A DNA stretch of 64,000 bases from Pirellulales bacterium (GTDB lineage Bacteria; Planctomycetota; Planctomycetia; Pirellulales; UBA1268): positions 19,888-83,887 of the forward strand of contig JBIIGJ010000001.1 in NCBI GenBank assembly GCA_044236455.1, read 5' to 3'. Numbering within the stretch: position 1 is the stretch's first letter; every line of letters begins with the position of its first letter. The notes under the pieces were generated by a model. The model did not search any database, was not told the DNA's origin, and saw only the letters and a program-made list of their open reading frames with translations. The position numbers were made by a program, and so were the translations under genes. Shown piece after piece: positions 45,106 through 54,491 of the stretch.

Positions 45106-47028
45106 ATGTGTGGAATCGTCGGAGTGGCCTGCGCGGATGCTGGACGGGTTATGCCTGCCGTACGGGGCATGGTCCGTGCGATCGTGCATCGTGGGCCTGA
45201 CGACGAGGGCATCGAAACGCTTGTGCTGCACACAGGAGATAGCGGGGCCCGTCGTGACGCGGCATTTGGGTTCCGCAGGCTTTCCGTGCTCGACCTGACG
45301 GCCGCTGCCCACCAGCCGATGGCTGATCCCGCGACTGGCGACTGCCTGATCTTCAATGGTGAGATCTACAACTTCCGCGACCTGCGGACGCGGCTGGCGT
45401 CTGCTGGCGTGGCATGCCGCAGTTCGGGTGACACGGAGGTGCTACTGAAGTCGCTTTCGCTCTGGGGCGAACGGGCGCTCGAGGACGTCGACGGCATGTT
45501 CGCGTTGGCGTTTTATCAGTCCAGTACCCGACGCATTCTCCTGGCCCGGGACCACCTGGGCATCAAGCCGCTCTATGTGGCGGCCCTGCCGGGGGCCGTG
45601 GTCTTTGGGAGCGAGGTACGGAGCGTCCTCGCTTCTGGGATCGTGTCGGACGAACTCGATCCGGCGGGCATTGCGACCTTCCTGGCCTACGGCGCGCCCC
45701 AGGATCCGCTGACCATCCACCGCCACATCCGTTCGTTTCCCGCGGGGGCGTGCGCGTGGGTCAGCCTCGATCCCACGGGAAATCCGGTCATCGGGCCGGC
45801 CAGGCGGTATTGGCGGTTTCCGGCTGTCGCGGCGGAGGGTGATCGCGACGCGGTCGCATCGCTTCGCGGCCTGCTCGAGGCAGCCGTGCGGTCGCAGTGC
45901 GTGGCCGACGTGCCGGTGGGTGTGTTCCTGTCGAGCGGCATCGATAGCGCCGTGATCGCGGCGCTGGCCAAGCAGCATGCGGCCACGTTTCGGACGTTGA
46001 CCGTGGGATTCGACGGTGTTGCAGCCCGTGATGAAAATGAGTTGGCGGCCGCCACGGCGAGCAGTTTGGGCGTCGAGCACGAGCGGATCATCCTAGGTCT
46101 CGACCGGATTGGCGCGTCGTGGGATCGCTGGATCGCGGCTGCGGATCGGCCCAGCATCGACGGACTCAACACGTTCGTGGTGAGCGGGGCGGCGCGGCAG
46201 TCAGGAGTGACGGTCGCCCTGTCGGGCATCGGCGCCGACGAGATGTTTGGCGGCTATTCGCTGTTCCGGTCGGTCCCGGAGATGTATCGGTGGCTGCGGC
46301 CGGTCGCGGGGGTGCCCGAGGGCGTGCGGCGGACCGTTGCCAGCGTGGCGTTTGCACCCCTGCGACAGGGCCGTCGTGATCGGGCGGTCGAAATCGTGGC
46401 CGGCAGCAGGTCGCTGCTTGATGTCCTGCTCGGCGTGCGGCGGATTTTCACGACGTCAGGTCTTGAGAAGCTCGGCGTTCGCGGCCGTGATCTCGGGTTG
46501 ACGTCGCAGTATCTGCCACCGGCAGCCCGCGACACCTTGGCCGACGGTCATGGGCTCGACGCGTTTCATGTCATCTCGCGCGCGGAGGCCGTGCTCTACT
46601 TGGGCAACACGATCCTCAAAGATGTCGATGCCAACAGCATGGCGCACGGACTGGAGGTGCGGGTGCCCTTCCTGGCCCGCGGGCTGGTGGACTACGCGCA
46701 GTCGCTACCGTCGCGAGTGATCGCCCCGGCTGGCAAGCCGCTCAAGCACCTGCTTCGGGAGGCGGTTCGCGACCTGCTTCCGGAAGAGGTGTTCGCTCGG
46801 CCGAAGAGGGGTTTTTCGCTGCCGATCAGCGAATGGATGGCGGGCTGCCTGCGGGACCGGTGCGAGGCGGCCGTGGCCGAGGCGGCCCGGTGTCCGGTGC
46901 TCGATGCCGCTGGCGTTCGGGGCGTCTGGGATCGCTACATGCGGGCCGAGGTTCGCACGCACGCGGAACGCCCGCTGTCGATCGTGGCGTTGGGCAGCTA
47001 CCTCCAGGGCCTGCGCGGCGGGTGCTAA
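45106..47028 (+). CDS. asnB: asparagine synthase (glutamine-hydrolysing)
   Basis: N-terminal nucleophile 'MCGIVG' and 'FNGEIYN'. The synthetase domain has 'FLSSGIDSA' (the SGGxDS PP-loop variant). Confidence 0.9.
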   Translation: MCGIVGVACADAGRVMPAVRGMVRAIVHRGPDDEGIETLVLHTGDSGARRDAAFGFRRLSVLDLTAAAHQPMADPATGDCLIFNGEIYNFRDLRTRLASAGVACRSSGDTEVLLKSLSLWGERALEDVDGMFALAFYQSSTRRILLARDHLGIKPLYVAALPGAVVFGSEVRSVLASGIVSDELDPAGIATFLAYGAPQDPLTIHRHIRSFPAGACAWVSLDPTGNPVIGPARRYWRFPAVAAEGDRDAVASLRGLLEAAVRSQCVADVPVGVFLSSGIDSAVIAALAKQHAATFRTLTVGFDGVAARDENELAAATASSLGVEHERIILGLDRIGASWDRWIAAADRPSIDGLNTFVVSGAARQSGVTVALSGIGADEMFGGYSLFRSVPEMYRWLRPVAGVPEGVRRTVASVAFAPLRQGRRDRAVEIVAGSRSLLDVLLGVRRIFTTSGLEKLGVRGRDLGLTSQYLPPAARDTLADGHGLDAFHVISRAEAVLYLGNTILKDVDANSMAHGLEVRVPFLARGLVDYAQSLPSRVIAPAGKPLKHLLREAVRDLLPEEVFARPKRGFSLPISEWMAGCLRDRCEAAVAEAARCPVLDAAGVRGVWDRYMRAEVRTHAERPLSIVALGSYLQGLRGGC

Positions 47029-47072
47029 AGGCTTGGCGTCCCGTACTACGCGGTGAGACGGCAGGCGGCTCG

Positions 47073-48161
47073 TTACGGCGCTTCGCTGGCCTGTCGCTGC
47101 GGCTTCGTCGCGACCGTGCAATCGGTTTCAAACGACGCGGCTTCGAAGGTCGTGAGCCGGACCTGCACACGCACGTGATCCCCCTGGGGCGGTGGACCCG
47201 CCCAGCGGAGCACGAAATGCAGGCCGCGGTTCCGCGACGTGCGCCGGAAATGCGTCACCGCCTCCTGAGCGGGGATGTCCCAGCGGGCCACCGTCGCCGC
47301 GTCGGGAGCGGCACTGACGTCGAGGACGGCGATCGACACGTCTCCGGCCGCCGTCACCAGCCGCTCGTCGTCGTCCCGCGGCTCGATGACGATGGCCAGG
47401 CCGTCACTCACCCCGTCGCCATTACCGTCGAAGCACTCGGTTCGAGACGGATTGACGACCAGGTGCGTGATCCGGCCGGCATCAGCCAGGCTCTCCTCGT
47501 GGGAGAGCTGCCGGGCTGTTGGCGCGTCGGCGGCGGTTGCAGGACCGATGGGTCGGGCCTGGGGATCGATGGCTACCTGGGCCGGGGATGTGGCAGACGC
47601 CGGCGCAACCGCCGACGTGCCCGGCACCGCGGCGCCGGGAAATCGTGGTTCGGCCGGGAGCGGCGGCATGCCTTCAAGCGTCGGGGGGGCGACCGTGCCG
47701 GGCGGAGGCAGGGTGGCCGGAGCTGGTGCCGTCGGCCCGCCTGCTGGTGGTCGGCTGCCGGGAATGTCGATGGTCGGTGGCACGAGCAGCGGCTGCGCTG
47801 GCCCGGTGCGCGGGGGTGGCGTCGGCTGACCGCCCGGCGGGGAGAGACCTCGACGCGGCGTGGACGCATCGGCCTCCGTGAAGCCCAACTGGCGCCGCAG
47901 GCTCGTGTTTTCGCCGGCAGTCCGGTCGAGCCGGGCGCACTTTTCCTGCAGTTCGTCCTGGAGCTGGTAGATCTGATCCTCCTGCATTCGCAGCTCGCGC
48001 TCCAGGAGCTGCTGGCTGAGATCAGTCTTGCAGCCGCTCACACAGAGCAGCGTGGCCGTCACGACGAGGCAGTGCGCGAGCCGCGCCGGGGCAATGCCAA
48101 CGTCGGTGTGTCGAATACGCGCCGTCAGGGACGGAGCGGCCAGGTCAATGGATCGTGTCAT
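47073..48161 (-). CDS. lipoprotein with coiled-coil and Pro-rich linker, unknown function
   Basis: Lipobox 'LLCVSGC', heptad-like 'LLERELRMQEDQIYQLQDELQEK', a long Pro-rich tract, and a C-terminal beta-rich domain. Confidence 0.6.
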   Translation of the reverse strand: MTRSIDLAAPSLTARIRHTDVGIAPARLAHCLVVTATLLCVSGCKTDLSQQLLERELRMQEDQIYQLQDELQEKCARLDRTAGENTSLRRQLGFTEADASTPRRGLSPPGGQPTPPPRTGPAQPLLVPPTIDIPGSRPPAGGPTAPAPATLPPPGTVAPPTLEGMPPLPAEPRFPGAAVPGTSAVAPASATSPAQVAIDPQARPIGPATAADAPTARQLSHEESLADAGRITHLVVNPSRTECFDGNGDGVSDGLAIVIEPRDDDERLVTAAGDVSIAVLDVSAAPDAATVARWDIPAQEAVTHFRRTSRNRGLHFVLRWAGPPPQGDHVRVQVRLTTFEAASFETDCTVATKPQRQASEAP

Positions 48162-48281
48162 GACGCGCCTCCTTGCGCCTCACGGCGGCCCCGCGTGGGC
48201 CGCCACCATCCGATCACCGTTGCTTCAGGTGCCCGTTTCATGCGGACGTCGCCCCGGGCGAGGCGTGCGCCGGATCGTCCG

Positions 48282-48884
48282 TCAGCTGGCCGTCTTCTCG
48301 GTCGGCATGCGGTCGATCACCTCATCGATCAGCTTGTATTCGAGCGCCTCATGCGCCGACATGAACCGGTCGCGATCCGTGTCCTGCTCGATCTTCTCCA
48401 GGGGGTGGCCCGTGTGCTTGAGCAGAATGGCATTGAGCTTGTGCTTGACGTTCTTGAATTCCTTCGCATGGATCATGATTTCCTCGGCCGTTCCCTCCAT
48501 GCCCGCCAGGGGCTGGTGGATCATGATCCGGGCATTTGGCAGCGCCCGCCGCTTTCCCTTGGCGCCGGCGGTGAGCAGCACCGCGCCCATCGAGGCACAT
48601 TGCCCTATGCAGTAGGTCGCGACGTCGCAGGTCACGAACTGCATGGTGTCGTAGATGGCGAGGCCGGCCGTGACGCTGCCGCCGGGAGAGTTGATGTAGA
48701 GGTGGATGTCCGACTTGGGATCATCGGACTGCAGGAAAAGCAGCTGGGCAACGATGGCGTTGGCCACCTCGTCGTTGACCTGCGAGCCCAGAAAGACGAT
48801 GCGGTCCTTGAGCAGGCGGCTGTAGATATCCATCGCCCGCTCTTCGCGGCCGCTCTTTTCGATGACGAACGGGATCAGGGGCAT
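48282..48884 (-). CDS. clpP: ATP-dependent Clp protease proteolytic subunit (distal copy)
   Basis: '[12 protein letters not shown]', catalytic 'GQCASMGA' and 'MIHQP'. Confidence 0.95.
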   Translation of the reverse strand: MPLIPFVIEKSGREERAMDIYSRLLKDRIVFLGSQVNDEVANAIVAQLLFLQSDDPKSDIHLYINSPGGSVTAGLAIYDTMQFVTCDVATYCIGQCASMGAVLLTAGAKGKRRALPNARIMIHQPLAGMEGTAEEIMIHAKEFKNVKHKLNAILLKHTGHPLEKIEQDTDRDRFMSAHEALEYKLIDEVIDRMPTEKTAS

Positions 48885-48962
48885 GGGCTGCTTCTCGGCG
48901 GTGGCGGGGATGGTGGGTCGTGCGAAACGTTGGAGCCTGGATCACGACGGATGGGATCGAGT

Positions 48963-49607
48963 CTAGTCCTTGCCTTCTTCTTCCGCGGAAACGGGCGGCT
49001 TGGTGAGCACCTCGTCGACCAGGCCGTACTCCTTGGACTCGGTGGCAGTGAGATACCGGTCGCGATCGGTGTCTTTGGCGATGCGCTCGATGGGCTGGCC
49101 CGTGTGATGCGCCAGGATGTCGTTGAGGATCGCCCGGGTCTTGATGATCTCGTCCGCCTGGATTTCGATGTCGCTCACCTGGCCGCCGACCTGGCCGTAG
49201 GGCTGGTGGATCATCACCTTGGCGTGAGGCAGGGCAAACCGCTTCCCCTTCGCACCGCCGGCGAGCAGCACGGCGCCGCCGCTGGCGGCGAGCCCCACGC
49301 AGTAAGTCGCAACGGGGCAGGAGAGAATCTGCATCGTGTCGTAGATGGCCATGGTGGCCGTGACGCTGCCGCCGGGCGAGTTGATGTAGAAGTGGATGTC
49401 CTTGCGACGGTTTTCGCTCTGCAGATAGAGCAGCTTCATCACCAGTTCGTTGGCGTTGCCGTCGTAGATCTCCCCTTGCAGCAAGATGATCCTGTTTTCC
49501 AGCAGGAGGTCGCCCAGCGTCATCTGCCGCTGCCGTTGGTAGTCGCGGGAGGCGCTCGAGGCGGATGAAGCGCTTGCGGAACGTGGAACGAAGGGACGCT
49601 CGTGCAT
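48963..49607 (-). CDS. clpP: ATP-dependent Clp protease proteolytic subunit (proximal copy, Ser-rich N-terminal extension)
   Basis: '[12 protein letters not shown]', 'GLAASGGA' and 'MIHQP'. Start at ATG 49607 inside track ORF 48963..49712. Confidence 0.9.
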   Translation of the reverse strand: MHERPFVPRSASASSASSASRDYQRQRQMTLGDLLLENRIILLQGEIYDGNANELVMKLLYLQSENRRKDIHFYINSPGGSVTATMAIYDTMQILSCPVATYCVGLAASGGAVLLAGGAKGKRFALPHAKVMIHQPYGQVGGQVSDIEIQADEIIKTRAILNDILAHHTGQPIERIAKDTDRDRYLTATESKEYGLVDEVLTKPPVSAEEEGKD

Positions 49608-49712
49608 GTCAGGTCTCGGTGGGACTGTGGAATCGGCGTGGTTTGAAACACGATGCCGGATCGACACGGTGCTGAATGCCACAAGTTCGGATGCAGGAAT
49701 TGTGCCTGCCAC

Positions 49713-51209
49713 TCACGCCCGCCGCGGGCTGCCAGCCTCCGGCTGCGTGGCCGTCGGAATTTCCTCCTCGCCAACCACGACACCGCAGACGGCATGGTCC
49801 ACGGCCTCGGCGTCACGTTTCTGGAATTCGAACGGCGTATCGGTGAATTTCGCGTGCGACGTGATCAGGTCGATCGTCTTGCGTTCGATGATCTGGTTGC
49901 GGAGCACGTCCATGAGACCGCGCTTTTCGAGGTTCGCACGGACGCGCCGCGGCGACTCACCCGACTGGGCTGCGATGGCCCGGATCTCCTCGTCGTAGTC
50001 GCCCGCGGTGTCGGCAATCGACTGGTCCTCGGCGATGCGTTCGAGAATGAAGTGCTCCTTGAGGGCTGAGGCCGTGCTGCCCATGACCGACTGCCGCAGC
50101 TCATTGACGTGACGACGGATGGAGTCGTCGTCGAAACCGCTCCGCCGCAGTTCGAGGATGGCCCGCTCCAGCTCCCGCAGGCTCTGGCGGCGGAGCAGGT
50201 CCGGGGGAAGATCCCAGCTGGCCGAGGCCGTCAGTGCACTCGATACCTGCTGCCGAACCTGCCGCCGACGGTGCCACTCCAGCTGGTTTTCCAGCTGCTT
50301 CCGCACCGCCTCCCGCAGGGCGTCCGCCGACTCGAACGAGCCGAGTTCGTCGAGCAGATCGGGCGTCATTTCCGGCAGTTCGAGCTGCTTGACATCGACG
50401 ACCGTGAGTTCGAGCGTCACCTCTTTCCCGCGGAGCGACTCGACGGCCGCCTCGTCCGACACCTTGAGCGTGGCGGTGACCGGAGTGCCGATGCGGGCCT
50501 TGGACACGAGTGCGTCGAAGCCGGTCAGTTCGGCGTCGGCAAAGGACAGCCGGGGGCGAACGACCAGCTCCAGATCCGTGGCCTCCGACAGCACCTTGTC
50601 GCCGTCGAGAAACCGCAGGTTGGCCACGATCAGGTCGCCAAGCTTCGCGGGACCTGCGTGGGGCACGAACCGGGCCCGCTCGCGGAGCAGGTTGGTGAGA
50701 GACTCCTCCACGTCGGCATCAGAGATCGTGCGGGAGGGCCGCCGGATCGACAGCCCCTTCCATTCGGGCAGGTCGAATTCCGGACGCACCTCGATCTTGA
50801 ACTCGAACGTCATCGGCCCGTCCGCCGGCACCATGACGGCGTTCACATCGAGTTCAGGCTCGCTGATGGGAGAGAGTTTCTGCTGGTCCGATACCTGGGT
50901 CATGGCGTCGGCGAGGAGTTTGCTGCGGATCTGATCGGAAAGCTCCGACTTGAAGCGGCTGCTCACGAGACGTCGCGGGGCACGTCCCGGCCGGAAGCCG
51001 GGCAGCAGAGCGGCGGGCATCATCTCGCCGATCGCCTCGTCGCGGTAACGGTCGATGTCTTCCCGCGGGATCGAGACACGCACCCGTCGCTCACAGGCCG
51101 AGACTTTGTCGATGGCGACGTCGAGTTTCAGGGTCTGAGCCGCCGCGTCGTCGCCGCCGGCAGCAGGGGAAGCCAGAGCGGTCGCGGACTGATCACTGGA
51201 AGAGGACAT
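49713..51209 (-). CDS. tig: trigger factor
   Basis: The N-terminal ribosome-binding region has 'GFRPGRAPRRLV' (GFRxGxxP motif), followed by a PPIase-like middle domain and a helical C-terminal domain. Start at ATG 51209. Confidence 0.9.
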   Translation of the reverse strand: MSSSSDQSATALASPAAGGDDAAAQTLKLDVAIDKVSACERRVRVSIPREDIDRYRDEAIGEMMPAALLPGFRPGRAPRRLVSSRFKSELSDQIRSKLLADAMTQVSDQQKLSPISEPELDVNAVMVPADGPMTFEFKIEVRPEFDLPEWKGLSIRRPSRTISDADVEESLTNLLRERARFVPHAGPAKLGDLIVANLRFLDGDKVLSEATDLELVVRPRLSFADAELTGFDALVSKARIGTPVTATLKVSDEAAVESLRGKEVTLELTVVDVKQLELPEMTPDLLDELGSFESADALREAVRKQLENQLEWHRRRQVRQQVSSALTASASWDLPPDLLRRQSLRELERAILELRRSGFDDDSIRRHVNELRQSVMGSTASALKEHFILERIAEDQSIADTAGDYDEEIRAIAAQSGESPRRVRANLEKRGLMDVLRNQIIERKTIDLITSHAKFTDTPFEFQKRDAEAVDHAVCGVVVGEEEIPTATQPEAGSPRRA

Positions 51210-51419
51210 GACTGTTTCCGACGGGAGCAGGGAAGCTTCAAAATGGGGCGAACGAAAGCCGCTGACAGAAGGTTCGAGATGCAGGCAACTCAAACCCGAT
51301 GCGCGAGCCGGCCGCGAGGGACCGCAGCAGAAACCATCTCGGCCGCCTCCGCGTGGAGTTCGGCTCGATGGGGTGCTGCCGGGCCTGTGGCCAGAAACGA
51401 TAGAATCAGAGAATCAGAG

Positions 51420-51492
51420 AGCGGGTGATGAGATTCGAACTCACGACAACCACGTTGGCAACGTGGTGCTCTACCAACTGAGCTACACCCGC
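51420..51492 (-). tRNA. tRNA-Gly (anticodon GCC), no encoded CCA
   Basis: The minus strand reads GCGGGTG-TA-GCTC-AGTTGGTA-GAGC-A-CCACG-TTGCCAA-CGTGG-TTGTC-GTGAG-TTCGAAT-CTCAT-CACCCGC-T. This folds as a full cloverleaf with anticodon GCC. Confidence 0.95.
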
Positions 51493-51560
51493 GGGGCTGT
51501 TCCTCGACAGCGATGTGACGCCCTGAAAAGGGGCGGACAAGCACTGCCCGGGAACGCGGG

Positions 51561-51588
51561 ATTATAAGGGGCCCGGGGGTGGCCGCAA
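51561..51588 (-). promoter_or_regulatory. candidate promoter for tRNA-Gly/tig/clpP
   Basis: On the minus strand: TTGCGG (51588-51583), 16-nt spacer, TATAAT (51566-51561), about 68 nt upstream of the tRNA 5' end. Confidence 0.35.
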
Positions 51589-51745
51589 GGTCAGCCTCTG
51601 GGAAAACGGGGTTTTCTGCGAAGGCTGGGGGGACAGGTTTGGAAACTGCCGGCGGCTGAGTACGATTGCGTTCCATAAGCTGGAGTCATGCGGTTTTTTA
51701 TTCCCCGCCGTCACTGCACCGCTTTTGCGACCTCCGTTGTACGCC

Positions 51746-52477
51746 ATGGTCGTTCGCTTCCACGTTGTGTCCCCCGTCGCGAAGCAGCGAACGTTTACCG
51801 TTCGACTGCCGATCATGCTGGGCCGCGGTGAAGAGGCAAAGTTTCGCATCCAGCACGATCTCGTCAGCCGCCGGCACTGTGAGTTTTTCGAGCGGCAGGG
51901 GCAGGTGTATGTCCGGGATCTGGGGTCGACCAACGGCACGTTCCTGAATGATGAACAGGTGCCTGCGAGCACGAAAACAGCCGTATCACCGGGAGCGGTC
52001 GTGCGAGTGGGCGGGCTCTCCTTCGCGGTCGATTACCAGCCGTCGTCGGTGCTGGACTCAAGCGCGACTGTCGAGGGCCAGGGGCACCATGGCGGCCCTG
52101 CGACCGGTGAGAGCCGCGTGGGGAGCGGCGTGGGGAGCGGCGACGGCGGCCTGGATGAGTTGCCGGATTTCAAGGTCGAGCATGCGGACGAAGGGGTGCC
52201 CCACGCTGGCGAGGCGGCGGCTGCCGTCGGTGATGCCGAGGAGCCACCTGCGGCCGAGGTGGCAGCGGCCGAGGTGGCATTGCCCGAGGTGGCATTGCCC
52301 GAGATAGAGGCTGCCGCCGCAAACCCCGACCAGCCAGAAGGCTTTGCCTTTCTCGCCGGCGGCGAGGCAGCGGCATCGCAACCCGAAGTGCCGCAGTGGC
52401 CTTCCGCGGACACGGCCGCCGAAGAGGATGTTCCGGACGACGATCAGCTCAATGCGTTTTTCAAGGGCCTCAAGTAA
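51746..52477 (+). CDS. FHA domain-containing protein with acidic repeat-containing C-terminus
   Basis: 'LGRGEEAKFRIQHDLVSRRHCEFFERQGQVYVRDLGSTNGTFLNDEQV' is a canonical FHA core. Start at ATG 51746. Confidence 0.8.
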   Translation: MVVRFHVVSPVAKQRTFTVRLPIMLGRGEEAKFRIQHDLVSRRHCEFFERQGQVYVRDLGSTNGTFLNDEQVPASTKTAVSPGAVVRVGGLSFAVDYQPSSVLDSSATVEGQGHHGGPATGESRVGSGVGSGDGGLDELPDFKVEHADEGVPHAGEAAAAVGDAEEPPAAEVAAAEVALPEVALPEIEAAAANPDQPEGFAFLAGGEAAASQPEVPQWPSADTAAEEDVPDDDQLNAFFKGLK

Positions 52478-52627
52478 CGGCGTGAGCCCAGCAAGGCAGT
52501 CGCAGCGGGGTTTCCCCCCTTTGGCGTTCCCCGCTCGTGGATCACACTGGCAGTGCGGGCACCGCCACGATTCATTCTTCCTTCCATTCAAGCCGGCCAA
52601 CCCCCAGTCCTCGCCCTACAAAACGCC

Positions 52628-53428
52628 ATGTCTTCCCTCTCCCGCCGTGTGACCATCCTTGATCTCGCGGCCGCCAAGCGCGACCACCGTCCCTTCACGA
52701 TGGTCACCGCATATGACTGGCCGACCGGTCAACTGGCCGATGCCGCTGGCGTGGACTGCGTGCTCGTGGGGGACAGCGTGGCGATGGTCGTGGCCGGCCG
52801 TTCATCCACCATTCCCGCCACGCTCGACCAGATGATCTACCACGGCGAGATCGTCTCCCGGGCGGTAGTGCGGGCCCTGGTGGTCGTGGATCTGCCGTTC
52901 CCGCTGCAGCACTTGGGCGTGCGGACGGCGGTCGAATCCTGCGCCAGGATTCTCAAGGAGACCGGCTGTCAGGCCGTGAAGCTCGAGGGCACCGCCGGTC
53001 AGGCGGAGGTGATTGCGGGGATTGCAGAGGCAGGGATTCCAGTCATGGGCCATGTCGGCCTTCGTCCCCAGGCCGTCCACCAGCTCGGCGGCTATCGCAT
53101 GCAGCGGGATATTGACCGGCTGAGGGCCGACGCCGAGGCCGCGGCGGACGCTGGCGCGTGTGCGGTCGTTTTGGAGTGCGTGCCGCAGGAGGTGGCCGCG
53201 ACGATCACGCAGTCGATCGCCGTGCCCACCATCGGCATCGGGGCGGGCCCCCACTGCGACGGCCAGGTGCTGGTGATGCACGACCTGATCGGTCTTTCGT
53301 CCGGTCGGGTGCCCCGGTTTGTGAGAGCCTATGCCGACGTGAAAGCGTCGATCGGCGACGCGGTCGCCCGCTGGCGGCACGACGTCGAAAACCGCACCTT
53401 CCCGGGATCAGCTGAAACGCTCGGCTGA
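52628..53428 (+). CDS. panB: 3-methyl-2-oxobutanoate hydroxymethyltransferase
   Basis: 'MVTAYDW', 'LVGDSVAMV', 'VKLEG' and 'GHVGLRPQ' are PanB motifs. Confidence 0.93.
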   Translation: MSSLSRRVTILDLAAAKRDHRPFTMVTAYDWPTGQLADAAGVDCVLVGDSVAMVVAGRSSTIPATLDQMIYHGEIVSRAVVRALVVVDLPFPLQHLGVRTAVESCARILKETGCQAVKLEGTAGQAEVIAGIAEAGIPVMGHVGLRPQAVHQLGGYRMQRDIDRLRADAEAAADAGACAVVLECVPQEVAATITQSIAVPTIGIGAGPHCDGQVLVMHDLIGLSSGRVPRFVRAYADVKASIGDAVARWRHDVENRTFPGSAETLG

Positions 53429-53472
53429 TGGGTCGCCGCCGGTGTTCGGCATCGTACCCGTAGCCTGCTCTG

Positions 53473-53961
53473 CTACGGCAGCACGACCTCGTCAGAGATG
53501 ACCACCGGCCGGCTGCTGGTCACCGCGGCGGGGGTGGGCAGGCCTGCGCTTGGGCCGGGCGATCCACCCGGGCCGACCGGCAGACTGCCTGGGCCGACAC
53601 GCATGTCCGATGGCATAACGGTGCCGGAGGGCATGCCACCCTCCACGATGCCGCCCTGGCATTGATCGCAATTCCCACCCGGCATGGCTGCCCCGACGGC
53701 ATGCTCGCCGCCTCCGCAGGGAGCCCCCTGGCACGGCGCCGCCTGACCGCAGGGACGCATGGCGGCAGGGGCTGCTGCTGGCATGGCTCCCGGCGGCACG
53801 AATCCTGGTGGCAGATGTCCGAAGAACTTTTCGTACTTCCAGACCTCCATGGCGATGTATCGCTCATTGAGCGACTTGCAGACGGAACATCCGCTCGTCG
53901 TCATCACCATCGCCGCAAGCAGGCATCGTGCCAAGGCACGGCACCATGAATTCGCACGCAT
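53473..53961 (-). CDS. small Cys/Gly/Pro-rich lipoprotein, unknown function
   Basis: Lipobox 'MTTSGC'. The Cys-rich core is 'MRPCGQAAPCQGAPCGGGEH..GGNCDQCQGG', followed by a Pro/Gly-rich tail. Confidence 0.6.
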   Translation of the reverse strand: MRANSWCRALARCLLAAMVMTTSGCSVCKSLNERYIAMEVWKYEKFFGHLPPGFVPPGAMPAAAPAAMRPCGQAAPCQGAPCGGGEHAVGAAMPGGNCDQCQGGIVEGGMPSGTVMPSDMRVGPGSLPVGPGGSPGPSAGLPTPAAVTSSRPVVISDEVVLP

Positions 53962-54248
53962 CGAGGACTCTCCTTGCCGGGGGCATCGGCTCGAGGCGGG
54001 GCATTGCCTCGAAGCCAAGCAAAACTACCCCATGCCAGAGGCGCGGCAAGGAAAACTGGACGGCGTCTGGCCTCGTCTTTCCCTGGTGCCGTGAAGCTGT
54101 ACGGATCGTGCCTATCGCGCGGTGGTCTGCACGCGTTTGGAGTGAAGAGTGAAGACGGTGCGGCAGGATGCCGTGCTCTCGCCGGCGGGCGCAGGCCCGC
54201 CAAGCCGGGGCGGCCTGGGTGGCCGAGCCCGGCGCAAACACAGCCCAA

Positions 54249-54338
54249 TCAGCCCTTGCGATGGCGGATACGGGCCCGCATACGGCGTTTTTTCTGTCCC
54301 AGCTTGCGGCGGCCCTTGCCTGTTTTCTTGACTCCCAT
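54249..54338 (-). CDS. 29-aa highly basic small protein (candidate; ribosome-associated-like composition)
   Basis: MGVKKTGKGRRKLGQKKRRMRARIRHRKG. The ATG is preceded by GGAGGA with a 4-nt spacer (ccGGAGGAaagcATG). The longer track ORF 54249..54491 has no such signal. Confidence 0.5.
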   Translation of the reverse strand: MGVKKTGKGRRKLGQKKRRMRARIRHRKG

Positions 54339-54491
54339 GCTTTCCTCCGGGTGATGATCGATCCAGAATGCTTCGGAAGGTTGTAAGATGGGCGTCCTTG
54401 TGATTGCAAGCACCAACCCGCATCCCGCGAGGCAGCGGTCCGGCTTCTGGCCGTACCGAGCGTGGCTGCCGCCTGCCCGCGGTCTGGCCAC

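Noticed and set aside
51300-51750. Genomic island or integrase adjacent to tRNA-Gly.
   Set aside because: The flanking genes are tig/clpP and an FHA protein. No integrase, direct repeat of the tRNA 3' end, or compositional break was seen.
54249-54491. 80-aa track ORF as the real gene.
   Set aside because: Its N-terminal 51 residues have no SD and overlap the App1 promoter region. The internal ATG at 54338 has a strong GGAGGA SD, so only the 29-aa product was called, and with moderate confidence.
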